Shown here in pieces: positions 51,218 to 60,753 of a stretch of 64,000 nt of DNA. The notes under the pieces were generated by a model, which had not been told where the DNA came from, did not search any database, and saw only the letters and a list, made by a program, of their open reading frames with translations. The DNA is taken from positions 1,056,001-1,120,000 of the forward strand of contig CBDATQ010000001.1 of assembly GCA_965199955.1 (NCBI GenBank). The letters run 5' to 3'. This stretch comes from Spirochaetia bacterium. GTDB lineage: Bacteria; Spirochaetota; Spirochaetia; SZUA-6; Bin103. Both the position numbers and the translations under genes were made by a program. Position 1 is the stretch's first letter. Each line of letters starts with the position of its first letter.

Positions 51218-51639
51218 TGACACTGCGCAGGCGGCGCCTGCAGCGCAGCACGAGGGTCGACATGGTTCCCATGATCGACGTCGTGTTTCAGCTTGTCATC
51301 TTCTTCATGGTCTCCTCGACGTTCAAGATCACCCCCGCGATCGGATTGACCCTGCCGGAATCGGCGACGGCGGTGCCGACGGAGATGACGCGCCTGGTCA
51401 TCACCGTGCACTCGCATGACGCGATCTATCTCAACGAACGGAAGCTCGACCTCGACGGTCTGGCCAACGCGTTCGGCAAGGACGGCATCGACCCCGAGTC
51501 GGTCCAGAGCATCATCGTCGAGGTGGATGAAGGAGCATCCTCGCAGATTCTGGTCCATGTGATGGACGTGTTGCGCATGAACGGAATACACGCGGTAGCG
51601 CTGCGAACGCGTCTTGCCCCGGGCCGAGCGGTGCCGTGA
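51214..51639 (+). CDS. exbD: ExbD/TolR family protein
   Basis: DMVPMIDVVFQLVIFFMV with the conserved TM Asp. Confidence 0.93.
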   Translation: MMTLRRRRLQRSTRVDMVPMIDVVFQLVIFFMVSSTFKITPAIGLTLPESATAVPTEMTRLVITVHSHDAIYLNERKLDLDGLANAFGKDGIDPESVQSIIVEVDEGASSQILVHVMDVLRMNGIHAVALRTRLAPGRAVP

Positions 51640-52988
51640 CCTTCCGCGAGCAGTCGGAACGGATGTTCGCCGGCGTTCTGGTGGCAGCTGTGCTGCACGG
51701 CGCGCTGCTGATCGCCATGCACAAGGTGTTCGACCTCCGCTTCGAGGACTATACGCGGCCCCTGACGGTTCAGTTGCTCGCCCCGGAGCACCGCGGCGCG
51801 CCCATCAGAGAGGAGCGGCCGCTGCCGAAGCAGGAGGAGGCGGCCCCGGAGGTGGCCGTGCCCAAGCCCGCGCCGCAGCCGGTCGCCACTCCGCGGCCCG
51901 CTGCCCGGCCGCAACCGGCGCCGGAACAGGCAACCGCGCAGGAGCCGGCTCCGGTCAGGACGCAGCCGCGAACGGAGTCCGCGCCGGCCGAGGCGTCTGC
52001 CACCCCGGTCGCGGCGTGGACGCCGGCGCTCCGCCAGTCGGTGGAGTCCGCGCCGGTACGCGGAGGTGGGGGCTTGAACGCCGTGACCGGCGACACCGTC
52101 CGCCAGGCCGAGCCGCGTGCGGCCGCGGCGGCTTCGGCTGCTGCCCCGTTCATGGCGCAGGATGCGGCGCAGGACGATCTCGCCACCACCTTCAAGGACG
52201 GGCTGGCGTTGCCGGTGGACGACTCGGTGTATGCCAGGAGCGCGTCGAGCCGAGCGCCCGGCGCGAGTGCTTTCCAGGGCGCCGGTTCCGACGACTCGGT
52301 GCCGGTGGTACGCGACCCCGGGCTCAGCGGCAGGAGCCGGGACGCTTCGGCACCGCTCACTCCGGTACGCATGAGCGGGACCCCGACGGCCAGCAGGGCG
52401 GATGCCCCGGGCACCGCCGGAACCGAGCGGGGCGTGCCGCTTGTTGATTCCGCGCCGCAGGTGGCGCCCAAGCCGGCTCCGGTGGACGCCACGGTGTACG
52501 GAGGTCCGGCAGCACCGTCGGGCGAAGCCACAGATGGCGGGGAGCGGTTGCAGGATCTCGACCGGGCGCTCCGCGCGAGCGGCAGCGACAGCACCGCCAG
52601 CGCGGGCGCGGATCGAGGTGCCAGCACGGCAGCCGACGGGGTCGCGGGTCCCGCGGTCGCTGACGCGCGGCTGCCAGAAGGCTGGAACGTGTCGGGCTCC
52701 CTGGGGCTGCGCCCGTTGTTGAAGGTCGTGGATCCGGCGCTGCCGAAGCGATACCCGAACGAGCTCGTTCGTTCGACGTTGCGCTTGCATATCAGCGTGG
52801 ACTCGCAGGGATTGGTGAAGTACGAACGCTGGGAGCAGAACTCGGGGTCCACGGAGATCAACAACAAGATCATCGAAGCGCTGCGCCAATGGCGCTATGA
52901 GCCGGTAAAGACCCAGGATCGGGTCTACGGCATCGTGACCATCGAGATCCGCACCCGTTCAGCCGAGGTGGCCGTCAGCGGGCAATGA
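51636..52988 (+). CDS. tonB: TonB-family energy transducer
   Basis: TM with His (AAVLHG), long Pro/Ala-rich linker, TonB_C-like end (VDSQG..SGS...ALRQWRYEP). Confidence 0.85.
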   Translation: MTFREQSERMFAGVLVAAVLHGALLIAMHKVFDLRFEDYTRPLTVQLLAPEHRGAPIREERPLPKQEEAAPEVAVPKPAPQPVATPRPAARPQPAPEQATAQEPAPVRTQPRTESAPAEASATPVAAWTPALRQSVESAPVRGGGGLNAVTGDTVRQAEPRAAAAASAAAPFMAQDAAQDDLATTFKDGLALPVDDSVYARSASSRAPGASAFQGAGSDDSVPVVRDPGLSGRSRDASAPLTPVRMSGTPTASRADAPGTAGTERGVPLVDSAPQVAPKPAPVDATVYGGPAAPSGEATDGGERLQDLDRALRASGSDSTASAGADRGASTAADGVAGPAVADARLPEGWNVSGSLGLRPLLKVVDPALPKRYPNELVRSTLRLHISVDSQGLVKYERWEQNSGSTEINNKIIEALRQWRYEPVKTQDRVYGIVTIEIRTRSAEVAVSGQ

Positions 52989-53683
52989 GCCAGCCGCGCG
53001 ACCTGATCGCGGAGGCCGTGGTGTTCGACCTTGACGGCACCCTGTATCCGACCCGCCGGGCGGCGGCGCGATCGTGGCGCCTGGTGTTGCGGAACGCGGC
53101 TCTGTTTCGGGCCTTCCGCGAGGTACGCATCGAGATTCGTTCGATCCGTCCGATCGCCGACCTGCATGGCCTGCAGGCTGACCTCGTGGCCGAACGCATG
53201 GGGATCACGGCCGCCGCCGCGCGCGCACGGATCGACGACGTCGTGTACACGCGGCTGCCAGCCGCGCTGCGGGGTGTGCGTCCGTATCCCGGCGTGTCGC
53301 GCGCGCTCACCGCGCTGCGGGATCATGGAGCGAAGGTCGGCGTTCTGTCGGACATGCCGCCGGCCGCCAAGCTGGGTGACATGGGGCTGGGACGACTGTC
53401 CTGCGCGGTCACCTCGGAAGCGACCAATTACCTGAAGCCCAATCCGGAGCCGTTCGGGTACGTCTCCGGCCTCCTGCAGGTGCGCCCGGAGCGAACGCTG
53501 TACGTCGGGAATGACTACCGGTACGACATCCTCGGCGCTGGCGCGGCAGGAATGCTGACCGCGCACCGAGCGCGCCGGGCGGAGCCGGGCAGCCGTGCGG
53601 GATTCACCTTCCGGCGCTACGATTCGCTGCTGCAGGCGATGGGCTCCGCCGGCATCGGACTGCCGGCAGAACGTTCTTCGTGA
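52985..53683 (+). CDS. HAD-superfamily hydrolase
   Basis: FDLDGTL, LSD, KPNP, YVGNDYRYD; ATGA overlap with tonB. Confidence 0.92.
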   Translation: MSQPRDLIAEAVVFDLDGTLYPTRRAAARSWRLVLRNAALFRAFREVRIEIRSIRPIADLHGLQADLVAERMGITAAAARARIDDVVYTRLPAALRGVRPYPGVSRALTALRDHGAKVGVLSDMPPAAKLGDMGLGRLSCAVTSEATNYLKPNPEPFGYVSGLLQVRPERTLYVGNDYRYDILGAGAAGMLTAHRARRAEPGSRAGFTFRRYDSLLQAMGSAGIGLPAERSS

Positions 53684-53687
53684 TTCG

Positions 53688-53717
53688 TTGACAGTAATCG
53701 CTGGACGGCCATAATAT
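53688..53717 (+). promoter_or_regulatory. Sigma70-type promoter
   Basis: TTGACA followed by CATAAT (16 nt) or TAATAT (18 nt); GGAGG SD downstream. Confidence 0.65.
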
Positions 53718-53742
53718 CGGGCATCCCGCTGGGAGGGGATAC

Positions 53743-54336
53743 ATGCCTATCTTCGGGCCTGGAGATGCAATCACGATTCTGGTTGTGCTGGCGGTCGTCC
53801 TCGTGTTTCGCCAGCTCGACCGCAACAACCGTTCGCTCGAAAAGGTAAAGCGGTACGGAGACCGGGTCATGCAGACCTTGTCGGCGTTCGTGGAGAAGAA
53901 GAGTTCCGAAATCAAGGACCTCGCCATCGAGGTGCAGATCAGTGTCAAGCAGGGCAAGGAGTTGCTGCGTTCCGTTCGCGAGGTCCAGGAGGACCTCGCC
54001 GCTCGCAGCCGGGATCTCGAGGAGCGTTCCGCGGAGATCGAGGCGATTCACAGCCGCATCGACGGATATGACACCGCGCTGGCCGAGCTGGTCAAGATGA
54101 GCGAGCGGGTGGACGACAATCTGCGCCGGCTCCGCGGTGAAGACGAACGCCTGCGCCGGGTCGACGAGCAACGCTCGACCCTTCAGGAGCGTATCGTCGG
54201 CCTGGACTCGACCGTAGCCTCGATCGAAGGACGGCAGTCCGGGTGGCAAGCGGAGGTGGTCAAGCGCCTCGACGAGCTGCAGGACCGCATGGATGCGCTG
54301 GAGCGACGCGCCGAGCACGTCCGCGGCCGTTGTTGA
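53743..54336 (+). CDS. SpiroCoCo-like membrane-anchored coiled-coil protein, short or truncated
   Basis: TM then FRQLDRNNRSLEKVKRY (spirochete coiled-coil family N-terminus, recognised from memory), followed by heptad repeats. Confidence 0.75.
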   Translation: MPIFGPGDAITILVVLAVVLVFRQLDRNNRSLEKVKRYGDRVMQTLSAFVEKKSSEIKDLAIEVQISVKQGKELLRSVREVQEDLAARSRDLEERSAEIEAIHSRIDGYDTALAELVKMSERVDDNLRRLRGEDERLRRVDEQRSTLQERIVGLDSTVASIEGRQSGWQAEVVKRLDELQDRMDALERRAEHVRGRC

Positions 54337-54362
54337 CGGTGCTTTCGGGGCCCTATTATCTT
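54333..54362 (+). promoter_or_regulatory. Sigma70-type promoter of grpE-dnaK-dnaJ
   Basis: TTGACG-18 nt-TATCTT in an AT-richer patch. Confidence 0.5.
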
Positions 54363-54430
54363 CCATCATCCACTTTTGACGGCAACCGGGACGTGGCCCG
54401 CTTCGTCCCGCGGGGTTGATCCTACTAGAG

Positions 54431-55165
54431 ATGAGCGACAACGGAAACACGACAGGGCCGGTAGACGGGACAGGGCCGGTATCGGGCGAGGACGCAGGTG
54501 CTCCGCCGGCGGGAGATCCGCAGCGGCCGGATGAAGCGGCGGCCGACACGCCGCCGGCCGCGGAAGCCAGCGGTGATGGCGGCGAAGACAGGGCGGGCGG
54601 TCAGGTAGCTGCCGCTTCGGAACGGGACTTGACCGCGGAGGTGGCTGCCCTGCAGGACCAGCTCCTCCGCAAGCAGGCGGACTTCGAGAACTTTCGCAGA
54701 CGGCTGCATCGCGACAAGGATGAGGCCATCCGCTACGCGAACGCCGGGGTTCTCCTGGACCTTGCGGACATCATCGACAGCCTCGAGCGTGCCATCCAGA
54801 CCGGCGAGGACGCCGACGTCGCGTCCCTGCGCGATGGCGTGTCGTTGATCGAAAAGCAACTGACCGGTCTGTTGGAGCGCAAGTGGGGGTTCTGTCGCTT
54901 CATCTCCAAGGGTGAGCCGTTCGACCCGGAACGGCATCAGGCGATAGCGTCAGAAGAGTCCGGAACCCACGAGGTTGCCACCGTGGTCGAGGACTACCAA
55001 AGAGGCTACCTGCTGCACGATCGTGTGGTGCGCCCGGCGCGGGTCAAGGTCGCGCAACCGCTCTCAGGCTCGAACGAGGATCCGGCAGGCCCACAGGACG
55101 ATGGGGCTGCCGACACCGTCAAGAACACGGACAACACGAATGCGGACAGAGAGGAAGGCGAATAA
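54431..55165 (+). CDS. grpE: Nucleotide exchange factor GrpE
   Basis: [33 protein letters not shown]. Confidence 0.96.
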   Translation: MSDNGNTTGPVDGTGPVSGEDAGAPPAGDPQRPDEAAADTPPAAEASGDGGEDRAGGQVAAASERDLTAEVAALQDQLLRKQADFENFRRRLHRDKDEAIRYANAGVLLDLADIIDSLERAIQTGEDADVASLRDGVSLIEKQLTGLLERKWGFCRFISKGEPFDPERHQAIASEESGTHEVATVVEDYQRGYLLHDRVVRPARVKVAQPLSGSNEDPAGPQDDGAADTVKNTDNTNADREEGE

Positions 55166-55166
55166 C

Positions 55167-57134
55167 ATGGGAAAGATCATCGGCATCGACTTGGGAACCA
55201 CCAACTCCTGTGTTTCGGTGATGGAGGGAGGCGAGCCGACGGTGGTGCAGAACTCCGAGGGTCAGCGCACCACCCCGTCGATCGTCGCGTTCACGGACAA
55301 GGGGCGTCTGGTGGGCCAGCCGGCGAAGAACCAGATGGTCACCAATCCGGAACGGACGGTGTATTCGATCAAGCGCTTCATGGGCCGCCGTTTCGACGAG
55401 GTGCCGGAAGAGATCAAGATGGTGCCGTATCGGGTCACCGACTCGGGCAACGACGTCCGCGTCCATATCGACGACAAGCAGTACTCGCCGCCCGAAATCG
55501 CGGCCGCTGTGCTGCAGAAGATGAAGGAGACGGCGGAGAACTACCTCGGCGAAACGGTGACCGAGGCGGTGATCACCGTCCCCGCCTACTTCAACGACTC
55601 GCAGCGGCAAGCGACCAAGGATGCCGGGCGGATCGCCGGCCTCGACGTCAAGAGGATCGTCAACGAGCCGACGGCCGCAGCGCTCGCCTACGGGCTCAAC
55701 AAGGAAGGCTCCGAGGAGAAGATCGCCGTCTACGACCTTGGCGGCGGCACTTTCGACATCTCCATCCTCGAACTAGGCGACGGCGTATTCGAGGTCAAGT
55801 CCACCAACGGCGACACCCACCTGGGAGGGGACAACTTCGACCAGCGGGTCATCGACTGGCTCATCACCAGCTTCAAGAGCGACACCGGCATCGACCTGAC
55901 CAACGACCGGATGGCGCTGCAGCGCCTCAAGGAGGCGGCTGAGAAGGCCAAGATCGAGCTTTCCGGAACGCAGAGCACGGAGATCAACCTGCCGTTCATC
56001 ACCGCGGACTCCTCCGGCCCCAGGCATCTGCAGTACACCCTGACGAGGGCCAGGTTCGAGCAGATGATCGAAGATCTGGTGCAACAGACGCGGCGCCCCT
56101 GCGAGCAGGCCATCAAGGACGCCGGCGTGAGCGCGGACGAGATCGACCAGGTCATCCTGGTGGGCGGATCGACCCGCATTCCGGCGGTCCAGCAGTTGGT
56201 TGCCGGGTTGTTCGGGAAGGATCCGAACCGTGGTGTCAATCCGGACGAGGTGGTCGCGGTCGGAGCGGCCATCCAGGGCGGTATCCTGGGAGGGGACGTC
56301 AAGGACGTCCTGCTGCTGGACGTCACGCCGCTGTCGCTCGGGATCGAGACGCTGGGGCAGGTGTTCACACGGCTGATCGAGCGCAATACGACGATCCCCA
56401 CTCGCAAGAGCCAGATCTTCTCCACGGCTGCCGACAACCAGACCGCGGTCTCCATTCACGTACTGCAAGGGGAGCGCGAGATGGCGACGCAGAACCGCAC
56501 GCTCGGCAGGTTCGATCTGATCGGGATTCCGGCGGCTCCCCGTGGCGTTCCGCAGATCGAGGTCGCCTTCGACATCGATGCCAACGGGATCGTCCACGTG
56601 TCCGCCAAGGATCTCGGTACCGGCAAGGAACAGAAGATCCGCATCGAGTCTTCCTCCGGACTCTCCGAGGACGAGATCGAGCGGATGGTGAAGGACGCGG
56701 AGGTCCACGCGGACGAAGACAAGAGCGCCCGGGAGGCCGCCGAGGCCAGGAACGAGGCGGACAGCCTGATCTACGCCACCGAGAAGTCGCTCAGCGACTT
56801 CGGTGACAAGGTGGGCGCGGACGACAAGGAGAAGATCACCACCGCGATCGCGGAACTGAAGCAGGCGGTCGAGGGCAACGACAGCGCCACGATCAAGGAG
56901 AAGACCGAGGCGCTCAAGCAGGCTTCCCACAAGCTCGCCGAAGAGGTGTACCGGGACGCTCAGCAGAAGGCATCGGCCGAATCGGGCGCTTCCGGCGCCG
57001 GCACGCAGGATGCCGGCGCCGGGAGCGACGCGCAGAGTGATGCCGACCAGGGAGCCAACGGCAAGGGGGCGGGGGCCGGTTCGGTTCAGGACGCCGACTA
57101 CGAGGTGGTCGACGACGACGAGAAGCGCGGCTAG
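55167..57134 (+). CDS. dnaK: Chaperone DnaK
   Basis: [29 protein letters not shown]. Confidence 0.99.
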   Translation: MGKIIGIDLGTTNSCVSVMEGGEPTVVQNSEGQRTTPSIVAFTDKGRLVGQPAKNQMVTNPERTVYSIKRFMGRRFDEVPEEIKMVPYRVTDSGNDVRVHIDDKQYSPPEIAAAVLQKMKETAENYLGETVTEAVITVPAYFNDSQRQATKDAGRIAGLDVKRIVNEPTAAALAYGLNKEGSEEKIAVYDLGGGTFDISILELGDGVFEVKSTNGDTHLGGDNFDQRVIDWLITSFKSDTGIDLTNDRMALQRLKEAAEKAKIELSGTQSTEINLPFITADSSGPRHLQYTLTRARFEQMIEDLVQQTRRPCEQAIKDAGVSADEIDQVILVGGSTRIPAVQQLVAGLFGKDPNRGVNPDEVVAVGAAIQGGILGGDVKDVLLLDVTPLSLGIETLGQVFTRLIERNTTIPTRKSQIFSTAADNQTAVSIHVLQGEREMATQNRTLGRFDLIGIPAAPRGVPQIEVAFDIDANGIVHVSAKDLGTGKEQKIRIESSSGLSEDEIERMVKDAEVHADEDKSAREAAEARNEADSLIYATEKSLSDFGDKVGADDKEKITTAIAELKQAVEGNDSATIKEKTEALKQASHKLAEEVYRDAQQKASAESGASGAGTQDAGAGSDAQSDADQGANGKGAGAGSVQDADYEVVDDDEKRG

Positions 57135-57255
57135 GAATCTGTCGGATGGCCCATGGTGCCAATCCGGACAGACGCTCAGGGTGGCGCTCACGGTGGACGG
57201 ACTGACCACCTGCGGTGGTGACCGCCGCGGCGACACCGCAGGACGATAGCTCAGG

Positions 57256-58383
57256 ATGGCCAAGCGGGATTACTACGAGGTCCTGGGGCTGGACCGCTCC
57301 GCGGAGATCGACGAGATCAAGAAGGCGTATCGCAAGCTGGCGGTGCGCTACCACCCGGACCGCAACGCCGGCGACGGGCAAGCCGAAGAGCGCTTCAAGG
57401 AGGCCACCGAAGCGTACGACGTGCTGGCCAATCCGCAGAAGAGGCAAGCCTACGACCAGTTCGGCTTTGCCGGGGTGGACGGCATGGCCGGGGGCCAGGC
57501 GCACGACTTCTCACACGTGTTCCGCGACTTCGAGGACATTTTCGGGGACGTCGGCAGCATTTTCGACTCGTTCTTCACGCGCACCGATCGGCGGCGTGGA
57601 GGACACCGCGGCGCTGCGGGCCGTGGAGGCGATCTGCGCTACGATTTGCGCGTTCCGTTCGAACAAGCGGTGTTCGGCACCAAGGCAGAGATCGCCTACC
57701 GTCGTCAGGAGGCGTGTTCCCGCTGCGACGGTAGCGGCACCGAGGGCAGCAGCGGCCGCAGCATCTGTCCGACCTGCGGCGGCTCCGGTCAGGTGCGCCG
57801 CAACTCCGGGTTCTTCTCGATCGCCACGTCCTGCCCCTCATGCGGGGGGGAGGGGGAGGTGATCGAGAACCCATGCCGCGTGTGCCGGGGAACCGGACGC
57901 GAACAGAAGGAACGAAGACTGCGGGTGACCATCCCGGTCGGCATGGAGGACGGCAAGCGCATCCAGATCAACGGACAGGGGGACGAAGGCATCGGTCGTG
58001 CGCCGGCCGGCGACCTGTATGTCTTCGTGCACGTGGAGCCGCACGCGTGTTACCAGCGCCATGGCGATGACCTGTACTGCGTGATCCCACTGGCGTTCAC
58101 CCAGGCCGCGCTGGGAACCTCGATCCTGGTCGGCACGCTCGACGACCGGCGTATCCGGGTCAAGGTTCCGGCCGGAACGCAACCGGGCAGACTGCTGCGG
58201 GTGCGGGGCGAGGGAGTGCCGCATCTGGACAAACCCGGTCGGCGCGGGGACCTGTATATCAAGGTCGCGGTGACGGTCCCGGACAGACTCTCGTCGCACG
58301 CCAGGAAACTGCTCGGCGAGGTGGCTGAAGTGGTCGGAGAGGAGTCGAGCCCCGAGCCGGTGCCGCTCGCCGAATTGGAGTAG
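57256..58383 (+). CDS. dnaJ: Chaperone DnaJ
   Basis: HPD J-domain, G/F region, four CxxCxGxG repeats. Confidence 0.98.
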   Translation: MAKRDYYEVLGLDRSAEIDEIKKAYRKLAVRYHPDRNAGDGQAEERFKEATEAYDVLANPQKRQAYDQFGFAGVDGMAGGQAHDFSHVFRDFEDIFGDVGSIFDSFFTRTDRRRGGHRGAAGRGGDLRYDLRVPFEQAVFGTKAEIAYRRQEACSRCDGSGTEGSSGRSICPTCGGSGQVRRNSGFFSIATSCPSCGGEGEVIENPCRVCRGTGREQKERRLRVTIPVGMEDGKRIQINGQGDEGIGRAPAGDLYVFVHVEPHACYQRHGDDLYCVIPLAFTQAALGTSILVGTLDDRRIRVKVPAGTQPGRLLRVRGEGVPHLDKPGRRGDLYIKVAVTVPDRLSSHARKLLGEVAEVVGEESSPEPVPLAELE

Positions 58384-58389
58384 CCGGCC

Positions 58390-59688
58390 ACGGTACACCC
58401 CATCACCGTCGGGGCGATCGCACTCATCACCTTGGCGGTACCTCTGGGCGTGGCGGCCGCATGGCAGCGGCGCTGGACGTGGACCGGTGTCTGGCAGGTC
58501 GCGTTGCTTGCGACGCTGGCGGTGCGGGCGATCGGCAGGCTGATGCCGGACGGCACGGTCGTTGAGATCCTGAGCGCCCAGGGGGTGATCTGGTTCTCCG
58601 GAGCGTGGTTGGCGGTCCGTGATCGCGGGGTCTCGCCTCGTGTGTGGCACGCGTTCTGCGTTTCACTGATCGTGCAGAACTGCCTGACTTCGGCGTTTGG
58701 TCTGCAAGGCACGGTGCCCGCATTGGCGCTGTCCTCGTTGACGCTTGCCGCCTCTGCGGCTGCCGGACCGCTCCAATTGCTGGCCTCGGGTACGATCGCT
58801 ACCCGACCTCGCGGGCGTGTCGTCGTGGTTTCGTTCGCCTCTCTGGCGGTGGCGGGCGCGCTGTACGAGCGCTGGACGGACCAACTCGGTCTGCCGCGCC
58901 TCGCGCCCGGCCTCTGGTGTGAGCTGGCTTTGCTGGCTGCCGCGGTGGTGGCGAACCAACTGTATACCGGCCCGTTCCGGCCTCGATACGTGGATGCCGC
59001 TCGCGCCGAGCTTGCCGAGTCCGAAGAGCGCTTGCAGATGCAGAGCCGCCTCGCGTCGGTCGGCCAGTTGGCCACCGGGGCCGTGCATGGAGTCAAGAAT
59101 GCGCTGTCCGCAATCGGCTTGGCGGCCGACTGGGGAACGGCGGCGGGTACGGACGCTGACGCACAGCGGAGCCTGCAGCTCATCCGCCGCAACGTCCGCG
59201 CAGCGCATCAGGACCTGGAACGGCTGCTGCGCGAGATCAAGGACGACGAGGCGCGGGACGCGGACGTTACGGAGGTGGTCCAGGCGGTCGCCGAATCCAT
59301 GCGCATCGCCGTGCGGCCGCATCGGGCGACCCTGCAGGTCGACCTGCAGCCGGGACTCATGGCCGCGATCGGGCCGAGCGACCTGACCATCGTGGTTTCC
59401 AGTCTGGTAGAGAATGCTGCCCGCGCCGGCAGAGGATCACCAACCACGATCCGCGTCGCGTCGTGGCGAGGGACCGCCGGCACGGTGATCGTGGAAGTGA
59501 TCGACGACGCAGGCGGGATGGACGCCAAGACCGCGACTGCCGCGTTCGAGCTGGGTAGCTCGGGAGACGAGAGCACGGGACTGGGTCTGCCCTTGAGCAG
59601 CAAGCTCGTCGAGAGCGCCAGCGGTGAGCTCAAGTGGCATCCCGTGGAGGGTGGCTCGCGCTTCACGATCGAGCTTCCCGAGGCATAG
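58390..59688 (+). CDS. Membrane-bound sensor histidine kinase (start uncertain: ACG 58390 or TTG 58432)
   Basis: Multiple TM helices; H-box AVHGVKN, N-box LVENA, G1 DDAGGM, G2 TGLGL. Confidence 0.85.
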   Translation, partial: TVHPITVGAIALITLAVPLGVAAAWQRRWTWTGVWQVALLATLAVRAIGRLMPDGTVVEILSAQGVIWFSGAWLAVRDRGVSPRVWHAFCVSLIVQNCLTSAFGLQGTVPALALSSLTLAASAAAGPLQLLASGTIATRPRGRVVVVSFASLAVAGALYERWTDQLGLPRLAPGLWCELALLAAAVVANQLYTGPFRPRYVDAARAELAESEERLQMQSRLASVGQLATGAVHGVKNALSAIGLAADWGTAAGTDADAQRSLQLIRRNVRAAHQDLERLLREIKDDEARDADVTEVVQAVAESMRIAVRPHRATLQVDLQPGLMAAIGPSDLTIVVSSLVENAARAGRGSPTTIRVASWRGTAGTVIVEVIDDAGGMDAKTATAAFELGSSGDESTGLGLPLSSKLVESASGELKWHPVEGGSRFTIELPEA

Positions 59689-59703
59689 GCGATACGGCGC
59701 GCG

Positions 59704-60753
59704 ATGGAGATCGGGGACCCGGGCGTGGGCGTACGGACGGCGACCAGCCGAAAGTTCCTGGGCTGCAAGCGGCGCCTGGCTCGCTGGATCGCGGACTCCA
59801 TGTTCGCCGTCGCCGGGACCCCCGCATCCTTTCTGGATGGCTTCTGCGGGACCGGTGCGATCGGCCTGGAGATGCTGTCCCGAGGGGTGGGCGGCGTCAC
59901 GTGCGTCGACAATCTGCGTTCGAACACGTTGATCCTCGACGGAGTGCTGTCCCGCACCGACCCTGAGCGGCTGCACCCGGCGCTGCGCGATCTCAACTCG
60001 ATGCTGCCGAGGTCCGGCTATGCGACGCGGTGGTACTCGGACACCTACTTCACGCGTGAGAACTGCATGCGGATCGACGCCATCCGTCCGGGGGTGGACG
60101 TGCTCCTCGCCTCCGGAGTGATCGGCCCGGCCGAGCGGTCGTGGCTGCTTGCCAGCCTGCTGCTGGCATGCGACCGGGCGGCCAATACCGTCGGCCAGTA
60201 CGACGCGTATCTCAAGCACCTCGGCAGCAGCCCATTCCGGGGCGGCCGTCACGTGGTCGACGCACGCGTGTACGAACCTCTGCGCCTCGTGCCGATTCGC
60301 ACGATCGACGCACCGGAAGCGAGCGTGCTCACCGGAGACCTCCTCGACATTGCACCGAGCATCGAGGCTGACATCGTCTACCTCGATCCTCCCTACACGA
60401 CGCGGCAGTACGTCGACAACTACCACGTGCTGGAGAACATCGCGCGATGGCAGCGGCCCGAGCTGTCGGGGAAGACGCGGAAGTTCCCCCGCGGCCGGCT
60501 CAAGAGCCCGTTCAGCACCCGGCGCGGCGCAGCGGGAGCGATCGCCGCGCTGCTCTCGGCGCTGCGCGCGAGGTGGATCGCGGTCTCGTACAATTCGGAG
60601 GGCATCGTGCCCATCGCCGATCTGGTCTCCCTGGCTCGCCGGCATGGAACCGTACGCACGTTCTCGCGTCCGTACCCGGTGTTTGGACGCGGCGCGGGCG
60701 TGGCCCGGCGCCGGTCGGTGACCGAATACCTCGTGATGATCGGGCCCCGGTGA
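59704..60753 (+). CDS. D12-class N6-adenine DNA methyltransferase
   Basis: KFLGCKRRL, motif I DGFCGTG, motif IV YLDPPY, NYHVLE, VSYNSEG. Confidence 0.9.
   Translation: MEIGDPGVGVRTATSRKFLGCKRRLARWIADSMFAVAGTPASFLDGFCGTGAIGLEMLSRGVGGVTCVDNLRSNTLILDGVLSRTDPERLHPALRDLNSMLPRSGYATRWYSDTYFTRENCMRIDAIRPGVDVLLASGVIGPAERSWLLASLLLACDRAANTVGQYDAYLKHLGSSPFRGGRHVVDARVYEPLRLVPIRTIDAPEASVLTGDLLDIAPSIEADIVYLDPPYTTRQYVDNYHVLENIARWQRPELSGKTRKFPRGRLKSPFSTRRGAAGAIAALLSALRARWIAVSYNSEGIVPIADLVSLARRHGTVRTFSRPYPVFGRGAGVARRRSVTEYLVMIGPR

Noticed and set aside
54337..54430. CIRCE or HAIR heat-shock operator before grpE
   Set aside because: Neither TTAGCACTC-N9-GAGTGCTAA nor CTTGAGT-N7-ACTCAAG is present.
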